Of a stretch of DNA of 64,000 nt, positions 38,507 through 47,891 are shown one piece after another. Each line of letters starts with the position of its first letter. The stretch's first letter is position 1. Position numbers and translations under genes: made by a program. The stretch is from Dehalococcoidia bacterium (GTDB lineage Bacteria > Chloroflexota > Dehalococcoidia > GIF9 > AB-539-J10): positions 41,722-105,721 of the forward strand of contig JBKHJG010000003.1 of NCBI GenBank assembly GCA_046538235.1, read 5' to 3'. Under the pieces are notes generated by a model. It was not told the DNA's origin, did not search any database, and worked only from the letters and a program-made list of their open reading frames with translations.

Positions 38507-40054
38507 CTACAGAGCTTCGATGAGGGCCCTGGCCTTGTCCATGGTCTCAGTGTATTCAGCTCCGGCGTCAGAGTCATAGATGATGCCACCACCTACCTGG
38601 AAGTAAGCCCTGCCTTCCTTGATGAGAAGGGTGCGGATAACAATACTGATATCCAGGTCGCCATTAAAGCTCAGGTAACCGAGAGAGCCAGTGTAGACGC
38701 TCCTCGTGGTAGGCTCCAGTTCATCGATTATCTGCATGGCCCGAATCTTGGGCGCACCGGTAACCGACCCACCGGGAAACGTAGCCTTAAGCAGGTCCAT
38801 GTTGCTCCTTCCCTGGCACAGCCTGCCCACGATGGTAGAGGTAAGGTGAAACACTGTGGGGAAAGCCTCCAGAATAGCCAGCTCGGTGACCCTTACCGTA
38901 CCGTAGCGGCAGACCCGCCCCAGGTCGTTCCTTTCAAGGTCAACAATCATCACATTCTCCGCTCGGTCCTTGACGCTGTGAGTCAACTCCTCGGCCAGGC
39001 GCTCATCCTCAGCAGGATCTGTCCCCCGTGGCCTTGTCCCCTTTACCGGCCGCGTCTCCACCACATCCCCCTGAACCCTGAGAAATCTTTCGGGAGAAGC
39101 TCCGACAACTGTAACCTCGGGAAAACTCAGATAGCTGGAGAACGGAGCAGGATTGACCTTCCTCAGCCGCTTGAATAGCTCATATGGCGGGACCGTCACG
39201 GCAGCCTCAAGCCTCTGGGAGAGATTGACCTGAAAAACATCGCCAGCGGCGATATACTCCCGCACTCTGTCCACGGCCTTGATGTATCCATCAGGGGTGA
39301 AGTTGGACTTAAGCACAACCCTACCGTGTTGCTGGGCAGGCCTAAGTCCACCCCCGCCAGGCCAGGCCGGCTCCAGACCCGGGCCGGGGAGCCTTCCTTC
39401 GGCTAGCTTTGCTCCAGAGGACACAGATACTGCCCCAATAGAGGAGCTTTCTGCACCGCCTGAGGCTTGCCCAGCGGACGAGGAAGGGCGCAGCCTGCCC
39501 TTCATCTCCTGGATCCTCGTTGTGGCTCGCTTCAGCCTTTGCTCGTCCTGCAACTCCGGGAAGCCTGTGGCAATAACGTATGCCTTCCGTTGCAGGTGGT
39601 CCAACCCCAGGATAGTATCGTAGAAGGCGAAGTAACAGTCCGGGAGCCCCAGGTCGTCTACGGTTGTGCACGGCAGGCGCTCGATGAAGTGGCGCAGTTC
39701 ATAGCTGAAATAGCCTACTGCCCCACCAGCAAATGGCACAGGTAGCGCAGAGTGTTCCAATCTGTACAGCTCCAGTAGCTTACCCAGGACATCAAAGGGG
39801 TTACCCTGCTGTACTTCGCGCTCATGCCCACGGACCAGCGTGATTTCCGAGCCCCGACTGCTCATGACGAGAAAAGGGTCGCTGCCCATGAAAGAATAGC
39901 GCCCCAGCTTTTGATGGTCCATGCCGCTATCCAGCAAGAAGCTGTACGGCCTGTCCGCGATAAGCTCGAAAAGCTGGGGAGCAGCTGAATACTCCTGGAC
40001 CTCTTCCACCAAGGGGTAACGATGCTTAAACACTATATAAACGGTACCTATCAA
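38507..40054 (-). CDS. chorismate-utilising enzyme, aminodeoxychorismate/anthranilate synthase component I
   Basis: Chorismate-binding C-terminal domain (ERFLRVQG...[42 protein letters not shown]). A roughly 55-aa Gly/Ser/Ala/Pro low-complexity insert sits between the domains. Confidence 0.8.
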   Translation of the reverse strand: MIGTVYIVFKHRYPLVEEVQEYSAAPQLFELIADRPYSFLLDSGMDHQKLGRYSFMGSDPFLVMSSRGSEITLVRGHEREVQQGNPFDVLGKLLELYRLEHSALPVPFAGGAVGYFSYELRHFIERLPCTTVDDLGLPDCYFAFYDTILGLDHLQRKAYVIATGFPELQDEQRLKRATTRIQEMKGRLRPSSSAGQASGGAESSSIGAVSVSSGAKLAEGRLPGPGLEPAWPGGGGLRPAQQHGRVVLKSNFTPDGYIKAVDRVREYIAAGDVFQVNLSQRLEAAVTVPPYELFKRLRKVNPAPFSSYLSFPEVTVVGASPERFLRVQGDVVETRPVKGTRPRGTDPAEDERLAEELTHSVKDRAENVMIVDLERNDLGRVCRYGTVRVTELAILEAFPTVFHLTSTIVGRLCQGRSNMDLLKATFPGGSVTGAPKIRAMQIIDELEPTTRSVYTGSLGYLSFNGDLDISIVIRTLLIKEGRAYFQVGGGIIYDSDAGAEYTETMDKARALIEAL

Positions 40055-40923
40055 CCCTGCAGCACTCTCTTGACGGTGAGGCCAACCTCTGCCGGGCTGG
40101 GAGCTACGGCAGCCCCGGCCCCTGCCAGGGCCCTTATCTTCTCCGAGGCCCTGCCGGCACTCCCCGTGATGATGGCTCCAGCATGTCCCATTCTTTTCCC
40201 CGGTGGAGCTGTGCTGCCGGCAACAAAGGCGATCACGGGCTTGGTCATCTTGCAGTTGATGGCTTCCGCGGCCTCCTGTTCCATAGTGCCCCCGATCTCG
40301 CCTATGAGGACCACGCCATCGGTATCTCGGTCTGCCTCAAACAACTCCAGCATGTCCACAAATGTGCTGCCAGGCAGGGCATCGCCCCCGATGCCGACAC
40401 AGGTGGATTGCCCGATCCCCAGGCCGGTCAGCTGAGATACGACGTCATAAGTCAGAGTGCCGCTACGGGAGACTACGCCCACCCTGCCGGGAAGATGGAT
40501 CCCGCCTACCATGATCCCTGCCTTACACTTGCCTGGCGATATGACTCCCGGACAATTGGGACCTATTAGCCGGGTTGGCTTGCCTTTGAGATAGCGGTGC
40601 ACCTTCACCATGTCCAACACCGGTATGCCCTCGGTTATGCACACCACCAGCGGCATACCGGCCTCAATCGCCTCCAGAATGCCATCGGCGGCAAAGGCAG
40701 GCGGCACGAACATGAGACTGGCATTGGCGCCAGTCTCAGCCATCGCCTTCTCCACAGTGTTGAACACTGGCACTCCCAGATGCTGAGTCCCCCCTTTGCC
40801 AGGCGTAACCCCCGCCACTACCAAAGTGCCGTATTCCACACAACGCTGGGTGTGGAAGCTGCCTTCTGCGCCGGTAATACCCTGGACCAGAACCCTTGTC
40901 CTCTCATCAACGAGGATGCTCAT
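40051..40923 (-). CDS. sucD: succinyl-CoA synthetase alpha subunit
   Basis: SucD-wide identity including the phosphohistidine loop (MGHAGAII). It overlaps sucC by 4 nt. Confidence 0.95.
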   Translation of the reverse strand: MSILVDERTRVLVQGITGAEGSFHTQRCVEYGTLVVAGVTPGKGGTQHLGVPVFNTVEKAMAETGANASLMFVPPAFAADGILEAIEAGMPLVVCITEGIPVLDMVKVHRYLKGKPTRLIGPNCPGVISPGKCKAGIMVGGIHLPGRVGVVSRSGTLTYDVVSQLTGLGIGQSTCVGIGGDALPGSTFVDMLELFEADRDTDGVVLIGEIGGTMEQEAAEAINCKMTKPVIAFVAGSTAPPGKRMGHAGAIITGSAGRASEKIRALAGAGAAVAPSPAEVGLTVKRVLQG

Positions 40924-42092
40924 CGTATTGCTCCCTTGGCTGCCTCAACTGCCTTGCGCGCGCCATCATAGAAGTCCCCGGCCTGGATGACGCTTATCCC
41001 CGATTCAGCCAGGATGCGCTCACCTTCCTCCAGGTTTGTCCCAGCCAGCCTGACCACCACGGGAAAGGGAATATGCATCTGCTGATAGGCTTCCACTATC
41101 CCCTTTGCGATAACGTCCACCCTGGCCATGCCGCCGAATATATTCACCAGCACCGCCCTGGTCCTGGCATCAGCAACAAACATCCTGAACGAGTTCACCA
41201 CCCTCTCGGCATTGTTAAGCGTGCCGATGTCGAGGAAGTTGGCCGCCCGACCGCCGCAATGCTCGATCAGATCGTTGACTGCCATGGCCAGACCGGCGCC
41301 GTTGACCATGCAGCCGATATCGCCATCCATCTTGACATAATTGTTGATTCCCCACTCTCTCGCCTGGACTTCCAGTGGCTCTTCCTGTTCATCGTCCCGC
41401 AGCTCTTGAATGTCCTTGTGCCGGTAGAGGGCATTGTCGTCGACGTTGATCTTGGCATCCAGAGGCAGCAGCCTGTCATCAGTCGTTATCGCCAGGGGGT
41501 TGATCTCAACGAGCGAGCAGTCCTTATCCATGAACAACCTATAAAGGCCCTGCATCAATCGCGTGGCCTCAGCGACCTGTCCTCCACTCAACCCGATCTC
41601 ATAGGCTACCCTACGGCCCTGAAATGGCTGAAACCCGATTGCAGGGCCGATGATGCTGCGGAAGATCTTCTCTGGGTTCGACTCTGCCACATCTTCGATT
41701 TCCATGCCCCCAGCCGCCGAGGCCATCATCATTGGCATCCGGCTGGCGCCGTCCACCAGCATGCTGAGGTACAGTTCACGCGCCACAGCGCTCGCCTCCT
41801 CCACAAGGACCTTGCTGACGGGTACTCCTTCAGGTCCGGTCTGAGAGGTCACCAGTCTCGTGCCGATCATCTGGCTGGCTGCTTTCTCCGCCTCCTCCGG
41901 ACTACTGGCCGTCTTTATGCCACCCGCCTTACCTCTTCCGCCCGCGTAGACCTGGGCCTTGACTACCACCTTGCCGCCGATGCCGACAGCTATCTCTCTG
42001 GCTTCACCGGGAATGAAAGTCACCTTGCCCCTGGGAACGGGAATGCCATATTGGGCCAGGAGTGCCTTGGCCTGGTATTCGTGAACCTTCAC
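40920..42092 (-). CDS. sucC: succinyl-CoA synthetase beta subunit
   Basis: [25 protein letters not shown]-grasp N-terminus. Confidence 0.95.
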   Translation of the reverse strand: MKVHEYQAKALLAQYGIPVPRGKVTFIPGEAREIAVGIGGKVVVKAQVYAGGRGKAGGIKTASSPEEAEKAASQMIGTRLVTSQTGPEGVPVSKVLVEEASAVARELYLSMLVDGASRMPMMMASAAGGMEIEDVAESNPEKIFRSIIGPAIGFQPFQGRRVAYEIGLSGGQVAEATRLMQGLYRLFMDKDCSLVEINPLAITTDDRLLPLDAKINVDDNALYRHKDIQELRDDEQEEPLEVQAREWGINNYVKMDGDIGCMVNGAGLAMAVNDLIEHCGGRAANFLDIGTLNNAERVVNSFRMFVADARTRAVLVNIFGGMARVDVIAKGIVEAYQQMHIPFPVVVRLAGTNLEEGERILAESGISVIQAGDFYDGARKAVEAAKGAIR

Positions 42093-42186
42093 ATATCTCC
42101 TTTATCTCCGATTTTGCCTCGCTTCCCTCTGGCAGAGGGATTAACGGCAACCGGCCACGAGCCGGTGGACGACTTCATTGCCCCGC

Positions 42187-42276
42187 TGGCGGAGGGGGTG
42201 GGATTCGAACCCACGCTCCGATAAATCGGAGAGCGGTTTTCAAGACCGCCACCATAAGCCGCTCGGTCACCCCTCC
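42187..42276 (-). tRNA. tRNA-Ser (anticodon TGA), CCA encoded
   Basis: The reverse complement reads GGAGGGGTGACCGAGCGG...GGTCTTGAAAACC...long variable arm...GGTTCGAATCC...CCCCTCCGCCA. This is a cloverleaf with a 7-bp acceptor stem, anticodon loop CTTGAAA and a long extra arm typical of Ser. Coordinates are accurate to about 2 nt. Confidence 0.9.
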
Positions 42277-42537
42277 CAAAGCCAGATTCTACTTCAAAAC
42301 GGCCTCTTGAAGCAATCTGACTGCCTCTTGCCGATGCCTATGCCACGACTATGACTTGATACGCGTAATATGCGAAGTGCCAGGATCAGCCGCCACGAAC
42401 ACCTAGATGGGCTTGTCTTGGAGGCCGGCTCTCAGGACGGATAACACTTTAAGAAACCACTGGTGGAATAGGTTTCAGGAATCAGTTAGCAGTGCGCAAT
42501 ATGCGCCCATGCACTCGCAGCCCCCCGGCCATCAGTC

Positions 42538-43959
42538 CTACCAGACAACAGTGACACCCCTGCCCTGGAGGGCAGGAATATGTGTGCCGATCGACGTCGA
42601 GCTCAGCGGATTCCAGCGCAGGTCGACATAATCATCTGTACCCAAGCCCGTATTATCCACCAGAGGACCAATGTCGCTAATCTGGTTGCTCCAGAGGTAG
42701 AGCACCGACAGATTGGTGAGGTTGGTCAGAGGGGATAGATTGCTTATCTGATTGTCCGCGAGATAGAGCACAGACAGATTGGTGAGGTTAGCCAGAGGGG
42801 ATATGTTGCTTATCTGGTTCTCCCACAGGCCGAGCTCTGTCAGGTTGGTTAGGTTAGTCAGAGACGATATACTGCTTATCTGATTCGATCCCAGGAAAAG
42901 CCGTTGCAGGCTGGCAAGTGTGGCCAGAGGCGAGATATCACTTATCTGGTTGTCGACCAGGAAGAGATACTTCAGGTCAGTGCAGTACTGCAGCCCCGTG
43001 AGATTGGTGATATTCTGTTCAGAAGCATCAAGGAATATCAGTCCTTGAAGGTCTGAAGGTTCGATGGGCCCAGTGGGTTTGGCGATAGCCGCCCTGATCG
43101 CCGCCTCAAGGTTGGGGTCCGGGAAGTTCACGCCATCTCCTTCTGCCTGGAAGTTCGCGGTGATTGTGTAGTTACCATTCATGGTAATGGTAGTCGACGC
43201 AGCATTGGCATTCGCGACAGTGCCCACATCGCCGCTCCAGCCTGAGAACTCGTACCCGGTATCTGCGGTGGCCACGAGATCAACCTCCTCTTCAGGATCA
43301 TGATAGTAAGTTCCTTCACCGGGAGTGGTTACCGAGCCGCCGCTGGTGCTGGAGATGGTCAGGTTGTACTGGTCAGGCGGTATCAGTTCGAACTTGGCTA
43401 TGACGGAGTAGTTGCCGTTCATGGTGATGCTGGTCGAGGCAGTGTTGGGATCGCTGACCTCACTCACGTCGCCCTGCCACTCGACAAACCTGTAGCCAGT
43501 CGCTGCACTGGCCACCAGGTTGACGACTGTACCCTCCTCCGACGTGAACTGGCCTTCACCGGGAGCCGTTACCGAGCCGCCGGCAGTGCTGGAGATGCTC
43601 AACGTGTACTGGATGGGACCCGTCAGCTCAAAGCTAGCCTTCACATTGTAATTGCCTTGTACGCTGGTGATGGTCGTAGAGGGGGATGTTACATCGTCGA
43701 TGGGGGCACCACCCCCAGCCCAGCTCACAAAACGATAGCCACTGTCTGGCGTGGCCACCAGGCTCACCTCAGCCCCGAAATCGAAATAGTAAGTCCCCTC
43801 TCCGGGAGCTGTTACCGAGCCCCCTTCTGTGCTGGAGAACGTGAGCTCGTACTGCGTCATACCGCAACCCGTCACGCCCAGAACCAGCAGTGCCGCAGCC
43901 AGGAGCGCGCTCAGCGCTGCTACGTAGTGACGGTTTCCTTTACCGAGCCATAGTTTCAT
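42538..43959 (-). CDS. internalin-like lipoprotein, 4 InlB B-repeat-like domains plus leucine-rich repeats
   Basis: Lipoprotein signal (LVLGVTGC). Four roughly 70-aa repeats carry GY.F..W...NV.A.F. Then come at least 7 copies of a 22-residue LRR (NLTNLT.L.L..NQISNISPL). Confidence 0.75.
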   Translation of the reverse strand: MKLWLGKGNRHYVAALSALLAAALLVLGVTGCGMTQYELTFSSTEGGSVTAPGEGTYYFDFGAEVSLVATPDSGYRFVSWAGGGAPIDDVTSPSTTITSVQGNYNVKASFELTGPIQYTLSISSTAGGSVTAPGEGQFTSEEGTVVNLVASAATGYRFVEWQGDVSEVSDPNTASTSITMNGNYSVIAKFELIPPDQYNLTISSTSGGSVTTPGEGTYYHDPEEEVDLVATADTGYEFSGWSGDVGTVANANAASTTITMNGNYTITANFQAEGDGVNFPDPNLEAAIRAAIAKPTGPIEPSDLQGLIFLDASEQNITNLTGLQYCTDLKYLFLVDNQISDISPLATLASLQRLFLGSNQISSISSLTNLTNLTELGLWENQISNISPLANLTNLSVLYLADNQISNLSPLTNLTNLSVLYLWSNQISDIGPLVDNTGLGTDDYVDLRWNPLSSTSIGTHIPALQGRGVTVVW

Positions 43960-44360
43960 AATCTCACCTCTAGATCCTTACAGCTCCCGGAGGCTTAAGT
44001 CACGGAGCGCATCACACTATGCACTGGCCGCACTGCGCTTTGACATCTAGCTGCCAGCTGCAGCGTATCGCTCCCCTCCATCGGCCAAAGAACTCTCTTC
44101 GTGCCTTCATGGGGCACGACGCACCACCACCGTGCTTATCCCAACCGCGCCATGCAAGCACTTGATCGCCAGGCCTCTGCTAGCCTCAAGATGCTATTGT
44201 ACCAACTGGGAGTAGATTGTCAATACCGGTCAAGGCAGCCCCGGCCGTATACTCTGCCGTTGCATGTCTGGGTCATGGCTCAAGCATCAGCGTCCCTACG
44301 GTCCTGTCCGGCAGGGAACAGTTCGCCTCCGGCAGGCGCCTACGCTCCCCAAGCAATAGT

Positions 44361-44389
44361 TTGACGTTTCCTCTAGTTGACGATAAAAT
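44361..44389 (+). promoter_or_regulatory. putative sigma70-type promoter of rnpB (TTGACG-17-TAAAAT)
   Basis: TTGACG, a 17-nt spacer, then TAAAAT. It ends about 7 nt before the predicted P1 5' end of RNase P RNA. Confidence 0.5.
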
Positions 44390-44395
44390 GGGGTT

Positions 44396-44807
44396 GGGTG
44401 AGTAAACCGGGTGATCGCCCCGGCTCAGCGCAGCAGGGGAGGAAAGTCCGAGCTCCACCGAGCAGGGTGCTGGGTAACGCCCAGGAGGGGGGACCCTACG
44501 GAAAGTGCCACAGAAACACACCGCCAGCGGCCCCGATGTTGTCGGGGCGCGGGTAAGGTTGAAATGGTGAGGTAAGAGCCCACCAGCAGCCAGGAGACTG
44601 GCTGGCTAGGCAAACCCCACCCGGAGCAAGACCGAATAAGGGGGCTCGACTTGACCTGGAGCCTCAGGACTGCGAGTCAAGTCTAAGGTGCTCGGCCGAG
44701 GCCCTCGGGTTGGTCGCTTGACCCTGATGGCAACGTCAGGGCTAGATGGATGGTCACCACCCCGAATCGCTCGGGGTACAGAACTCGGCTTATAGGTTTA
44801 CTCACCC
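44396..44807 (+). ncRNA. rnpB: RNase P RNA, bacterial type A
   Basis: The 5' GGGTGAGTAAACC pairs with the 3' GGTTTACTCACCC (P1). Universal conserved blocks are present: GGAAAGTCCGAGCTCCAC, GGGTAACGCCCAGG, GAAAGTGCCACAGAAA, GGTAAGAGCCCACCAG, CCACCCGGAGCAAG and ACAGAACTCGGCTTATAGG. Confidence 0.9.
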
Positions 44808-44808
44808 G
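44782..44808 (+). repeat. attL-like 27-nt direct repeat (within rnpB 3' end)
   Basis: aactcggctta(t)aggtttactcacccg recurs at 62933-62959 with one mismatch (c). Confidence 0.7.
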
Positions 44809-44922
44809 TTGAGTTTGGGGGGATCCGCCGCCTGAGGGTTCTGTGCGGAAGGGGTGGGCCATGAAAAAAAGGGTACCATGGGGTGTTGTGGTTGTCAAGG
44901 GGGGCCGTGGTATAATGGTGGT

Positions 44923-45198
44923 ATGCTTCGCTTTATGATCTTCGCTTCGCTTGCCGCGCTGGCGTTGCTGAGTGGGACCGCCGGCGTGGTGGGGGTGACG
45001 CCTGGCGAGGACGGCGCCGGTGGGACGGAAACCGCCGAACCGGGCGGATCCGGTGGCCCGGAGGGGGCGGTGGAACCGCCGTCGGCGTCGGTGGGGATCG
45101 TCATCACCATGTTCGCCGAGGATGGGGACGGGGCGGAGGGTGCGCGGGCGAGTGTGACGCTGAGGGCGAGGACGGCGCCGGCGGATGAGGGGGGTTAG
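44923..45198 (+). CDS. small secreted Gly/Glu-rich protein (element-borne, only plus-strand gene; candidate moron)
   Basis: An internal ATG gives MLRFMIFASLAALALLSGTAG signal-like N-terminus. It lies just inside attL, downstream of rnpB, on the same strand. Confidence 0.4.
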   Translation: MLRFMIFASLAALALLSGTAGVVGVTPGEDGAGGTETAEPGGSGGPEGAVEPPSASVGIVITMFAEDGDGAEGARASVTLRARTAPADEGG

Positions 45199-45280
45199 GG
45201 GAAAGGAGCTCGAGGAAAACGGGCTCGGGGTTGTCCTCGAAAAAAAGGGCGGAGCCCTTTCGGGCCCCGCCCCAGGGTGG

Positions 45281-45481
45281 TTAGTGCGGCGTCGCGTTCT
45301 TCCATCCGCCGCCGGAGTGGCCGGACTCGCTGGATGGGTCGAGGCGGACCGGAGTCCGCTCCCGGACCCAGCAGTCGCCGATCTGCCAGCCGGCCTTGCG
45401 ACAGGCTTCGTGGGCTGACTCAGCGACGCCGTTCCACCATTCCTTAGTGATGCGGTTCATGATGCGATAGACTTTCTTCAC
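45281..45481 (-). CDS. phage small protein (Cys/Trp-rich)
   Basis: GGAGGA-N5-GTG start. 66 aa. Confidence 0.5.
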   Translation of the reverse strand: MKKVYRIMNRITKEWWNGVAESAHEACRKAGWQIGDCWVRERTPVRLDPSSESGHSGGGWKNATPH

Positions 45482-45647
45482 GGTAGTCCTCCTGTCGTCT
45501 TTGTAGCTCTCGTCTGCGGTGTGCGAGGTCTGCGAGGAAGATCAGGACCTCGGTCTTCCAGGCGATCCACGCGCCGCACTTCGCGTCGGCGAAGCCGGAC
45601 TGGTGGCAGCCGAGCTTGTCCAGGTAGCAGGTCTCGCAGGGGTTCAC
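45444..45647 (-). CDS. phage small Cys-rich protein
   Basis: AAGGAGGT-N5-GTG start. CETC...GC...KC pattern. Confidence 0.5.
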   Translation of the reverse strand: MNPCETCYLDKLGCHQSGFADAKCGAWIAWKTEVLIFLADLAHRRRELQRRQEDYREESLSHHEPHH

Positions 45648-45723
45648 GGTGTACCTCCTTTCTATTGATTGGTTGGGGGCGGGGGTCGGACCCGCCCCTG
45701 TGGGGGGTGGGCGAGGGTGGTGG

Positions 45724-45897
45724 TTAGCGGTCTTGACCGGCGAGGCCCATATCGATGCAGTCCTCGGTGGCCTGGATGGCTTTGTTGATGACGGTGGCGA
45801 ACCGGGTGGTGAGGGCTTCGGTGGCCGTCCTGTTGGGGGCGGTTTGGAGCTGGCGGCGGAGCCGCACGAGGTATTTTAGGGCTTGCTTGTAGGTCAC
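45724..45897 (-). CDS. phage small protein
   Basis: AAGGAGGT-N5-GTG start at VTYKQALKYL. The GTGA overlaps the stop of the upstream gene. Confidence 0.45.
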   Translation of the reverse strand: MTYKQALKYLVRLRRQLQTAPNRTATEALTTRFATVINKAIQATEDCIDMGLAGQDR

Positions 45898-46088
45898 GGT
45901 GTACCTCCTTTCTTGATGTTGGCCAGGGCGTCGGCCTCCGCCGGCTTGATGTGCTGGACGCTCCACTCGAAGTCCTTCTCTTCGAACCTGGCGTCTCGGA
46001 GCATGCGGCGGACGCGGTTGGCCACCGGCTCTCTATCCTTTGCCGTGGTCACAAAATCGGCAGTGATCTGGACGCGGTAGTGCGGCAT
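45894..46088 (-). CDS. phage small protein
   Basis: GGAGGT-N7-ATG. 64 aa. Confidence 0.5.
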   Translation of the reverse strand: MPHYRVQITADFVTTAKDREPVANRVRRMLRDARFEEKDFEWSVQHIKPAEADALANIKKGGTP

Positions 46089-46227
46089 TGTTGAACCTCC
46101 TCTCGAAGATATCGATCAGGGCCTGGACCTCATCGACCTTGAGGCTCAGGTAGTTGGCGATCTCCCTGGGCAGCCAGCCGGCCAGCCAGAGGACCTTGAC
46201 GTGCATGCGGGTTTCGAGGTTGAGCAT
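46033..46227 (-). CDS. phage small HTH protein (sigma-70 region-4/LuxR-like helix-turn-helix)
   Basis: AAGGAGGT-N6-ATG. LAGWLPREIANYLSLKVDEVQALID resembles a region-4 HTH. Confidence 0.5.
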   Translation of the reverse strand: MLNLETRMHVKVLWLAGWLPREIANYLSLKVDEVQALIDIFERRFNNAALPRPDHCRFCDHGKG

Positions 46228-46293
46228 TGAGTTGTACCTCCTTTCTCTATTGGCGGGAGGGGGCCCGGCGCCCCCTCCGGTGGGGTGACGAAG

Positions 46294-46710
46294 TCACCGT
46301 GGTTTGTTGCTGCCGGGCGGGAAGTGCCACTTGTCGCAGGCCTGGCACTTCCAAGCGCGCTTGGGCTGGCCGGTCTTGCGGCTTGTGAACTCGATGAGCT
46401 CCATGGAATCGGACTCGCCGCAGTGGTCGCAGATGGGGGCGAGGTTGGGGTCGGCGAGGGTGTTGGAGAGGGGCGTCCTGGGACTTTGTGCGGGGGGCTG
46501 CGGCGAGTTTTGGGGGGCGCGGAGCTGGGCGGCGGCGATCTCCCGGGCGGCGTCGGTGGCGGGGGTCCAGGCGGTAGGGAATTGCTGGGCTATGATGCCC
46601 AGGTCGGCGAAGATCTCGGCCAGGGTGTCGGCGAAGACGTTGATCCTGGCGTCGCGGCCCTGGAGCGCCACCTTTATTTCGGCGTGGTATCGGCTACCGT
46701 TGACGGCCAT
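46294..46710 (-). CDS. phage protein with C-terminal CxxC...CxxC zinc ribbon
   Basis: ICDHCGES...KCQACDKWHF. The start is probably the second ATG after AAGGAGGTG. Confidence 0.55.
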   Translation of the reverse strand: MAVNGSRYHAEIKVALQGRDARINVFADTLAEIFADLGIIAQQFPTAWTPATDAAREIAAAQLRAPQNSPQPPAQSPRTPLSNTLADPNLAPICDHCGESDSMELIEFTSRKTGQPKRAWKCQACDKWHFPPGSNKPR

Positions 46711-47353
46711 GGTCATCACCTCCTTTCGTTCTAGCGGTAGTTATGGTCTTACGGGTCACCAGGACGCCGGGGATCTGGGTGACTCCGCTCTTGACGCGGG
46801 CCCTGATCTTGGTCATGGAGGGCTCGCAGAGGTCCCTGGGAACACGGTTAGGGTCCACGATCTGTATGTCGTGGTCCTCTCTGTATGTGACGGTGCCCAG
46901 GTTTGCGCGGGACGTCTTGTGGACGTCGGGGAGGTCGAGGAAGTCGGGGGGATCTAGGATCTCGCCGGTGGCGGCGGCCTCCTCCATGAGAGCGGCCTGC
47001 TCCTCCATGGCCCTGCGCTGCTCGGCCATCTGGAGCTCGAGGAGCTGGGTGCGGTAGTTAGCGAGCTCGCGGTTGACGGTGGTGATGCCCTGGGAGAGGC
47101 GGTCCAGGTAGGGCTGGAAGAGGTCCATGACCCTCTTCTTCGCCTGGTCCAGGGGGCGGGTGAGCTCTCTACGCTTCTCGTCGGCCTCCTTGTAGGCGTA
47201 ACGGGCGGCGATCAGGAGATCCTCCGCGTTCTTTTGCTCCTGGGTGTTGGTGACCTGGGGGTTGGCCAGCCAGCGGAGCAAGGAGTGCTGGCCCTGCTCG
47301 AGGGTGGTAAGGGCGTCTTCGACTTCGGTGTCGGGTGAGATTACCTGTGCCAT
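46694..47353 (-). CDS. phage coiled-coil protein, unknown function
   Basis: AAGGAGGTG-N6-ATG at MAQVIS, an internal start within the track ORF. 220 aa. Confidence 0.55.
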   Translation of the reverse strand: MAQVISPDTEVEDALTTLEQGQHSLLRWLANPQVTNTQEQKNAEDLLIAARYAYKEADEKRRELTRPLDQAKKRVMDLFQPYLDRLSQGITTVNRELANYRTQLLELQMAEQRRAMEEQAALMEEAAATGEILDPPDFLDLPDVHKTSRANLGTVTYREDHDIQIVDPNRVPRDLCEPSMTKIRARVKSGVTQIPGVLVTRKTITTARTKGGDDHGRQR

Positions 47354-47415
47354 GGCGGCACCTCCTTTGATGTATTCGGCGGTTCGATACGCTCGAGCGC
47401 CTTGGGCGGGGGCGT

Positions 47416-47601
47416 TCAGGCCAGGTCTAGCTTGTGAACGAGGTATCCGTAGGCGATGCCCTTGAGGTAGAAAGTGAGTTCGATCTCGCCGGGCTTGAAC
47501 GCAGCGGGGTAGGTCCGGCCGTTGACGGTGAAGGGGCGGCAGAGTCGGCGGGTGGTCCGGACCAGGAGCCAGAATAGACGGTCCTCGATGCTTGGGAACA
47601 C
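47416..47601 (-). CDS. phage small protein
   Basis: AAGGAGGTGAAC-ATG. 61 aa. Confidence 0.45.
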   Translation of the reverse strand: MFPSIEDRLFWLLVRTTRRLCRPFTVNGRTYPAAFKPGEIELTFYLKGIAYGYLVHKLDLA

Positions 47602-47604
47602 GGT

Positions 47605-47706
47605 TCACCTCCTTTTTGTTTTGTTTGCGATGCGGTCGCAGATTATGAGGGCGATCAGGACGATCCAGGTGACGCAGATCATCTGGAGGGCTTGGGGGGT
47701 TGGCAT
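47605..47706 (-). CDS. 33-aa single-TM micro-protein (below ORF-track cutoff)
   Basis: MPTPQALQMICVTWIVLIALIICDRIANKTKRR is the C-terminal tail of spurious ORF 47605..48618. A GTG/ATG follows an AAGGAGGTG. Confidence 0.4.
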   Translation of the reverse strand: MPTPQALQMICVTWIVLIALIICDRIANKTKRR

Positions 47707-47711
47707 TTCGG

Positions 47712-47891
47712 TCACGGCTGCACCTCCTTTGCGACGGGCATTTGCGGGGCTATGGTGGTCTCCTGGATGATGCCGGTCCAGCCGCACCATTCGAGGTTGC
47801 AGGCGACGACGGTGGCGCGGTATTCGCTGGGGAAGAGGCCGATGAACACGAACCTCTTCCCCCTGCGCATGATGAGGCAGAACACGGTCAT
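47712..47891 (-). CDS. 59-aa Cys-rich micro-protein (below ORF-track cutoff)
   Basis: Hand translation gives MTVFCLIMRRGKRFVFIGLFPSEYRATVVACNLEWCGWTGIIQETTIAPQMPVAKEVQP, starting after CCAGGAGGTGCAGCC-ATG. The ATGA overlaps the stop of 47888..48244. Confidence 0.4.
   Translation of the reverse strand: MTVFCLIMRRGKRFVFIGLFPSEYRATVVACNLEWCGWTGIIQETTIAPQMPVAKEVQP

Noticed and set aside
40896-42224. 442-aa plus-strand ORF
   Set aside because: Antisense to sucC. The translation is His/Arg/Pro-rich with no domains, and it runs through the tRNA-Ser gene.
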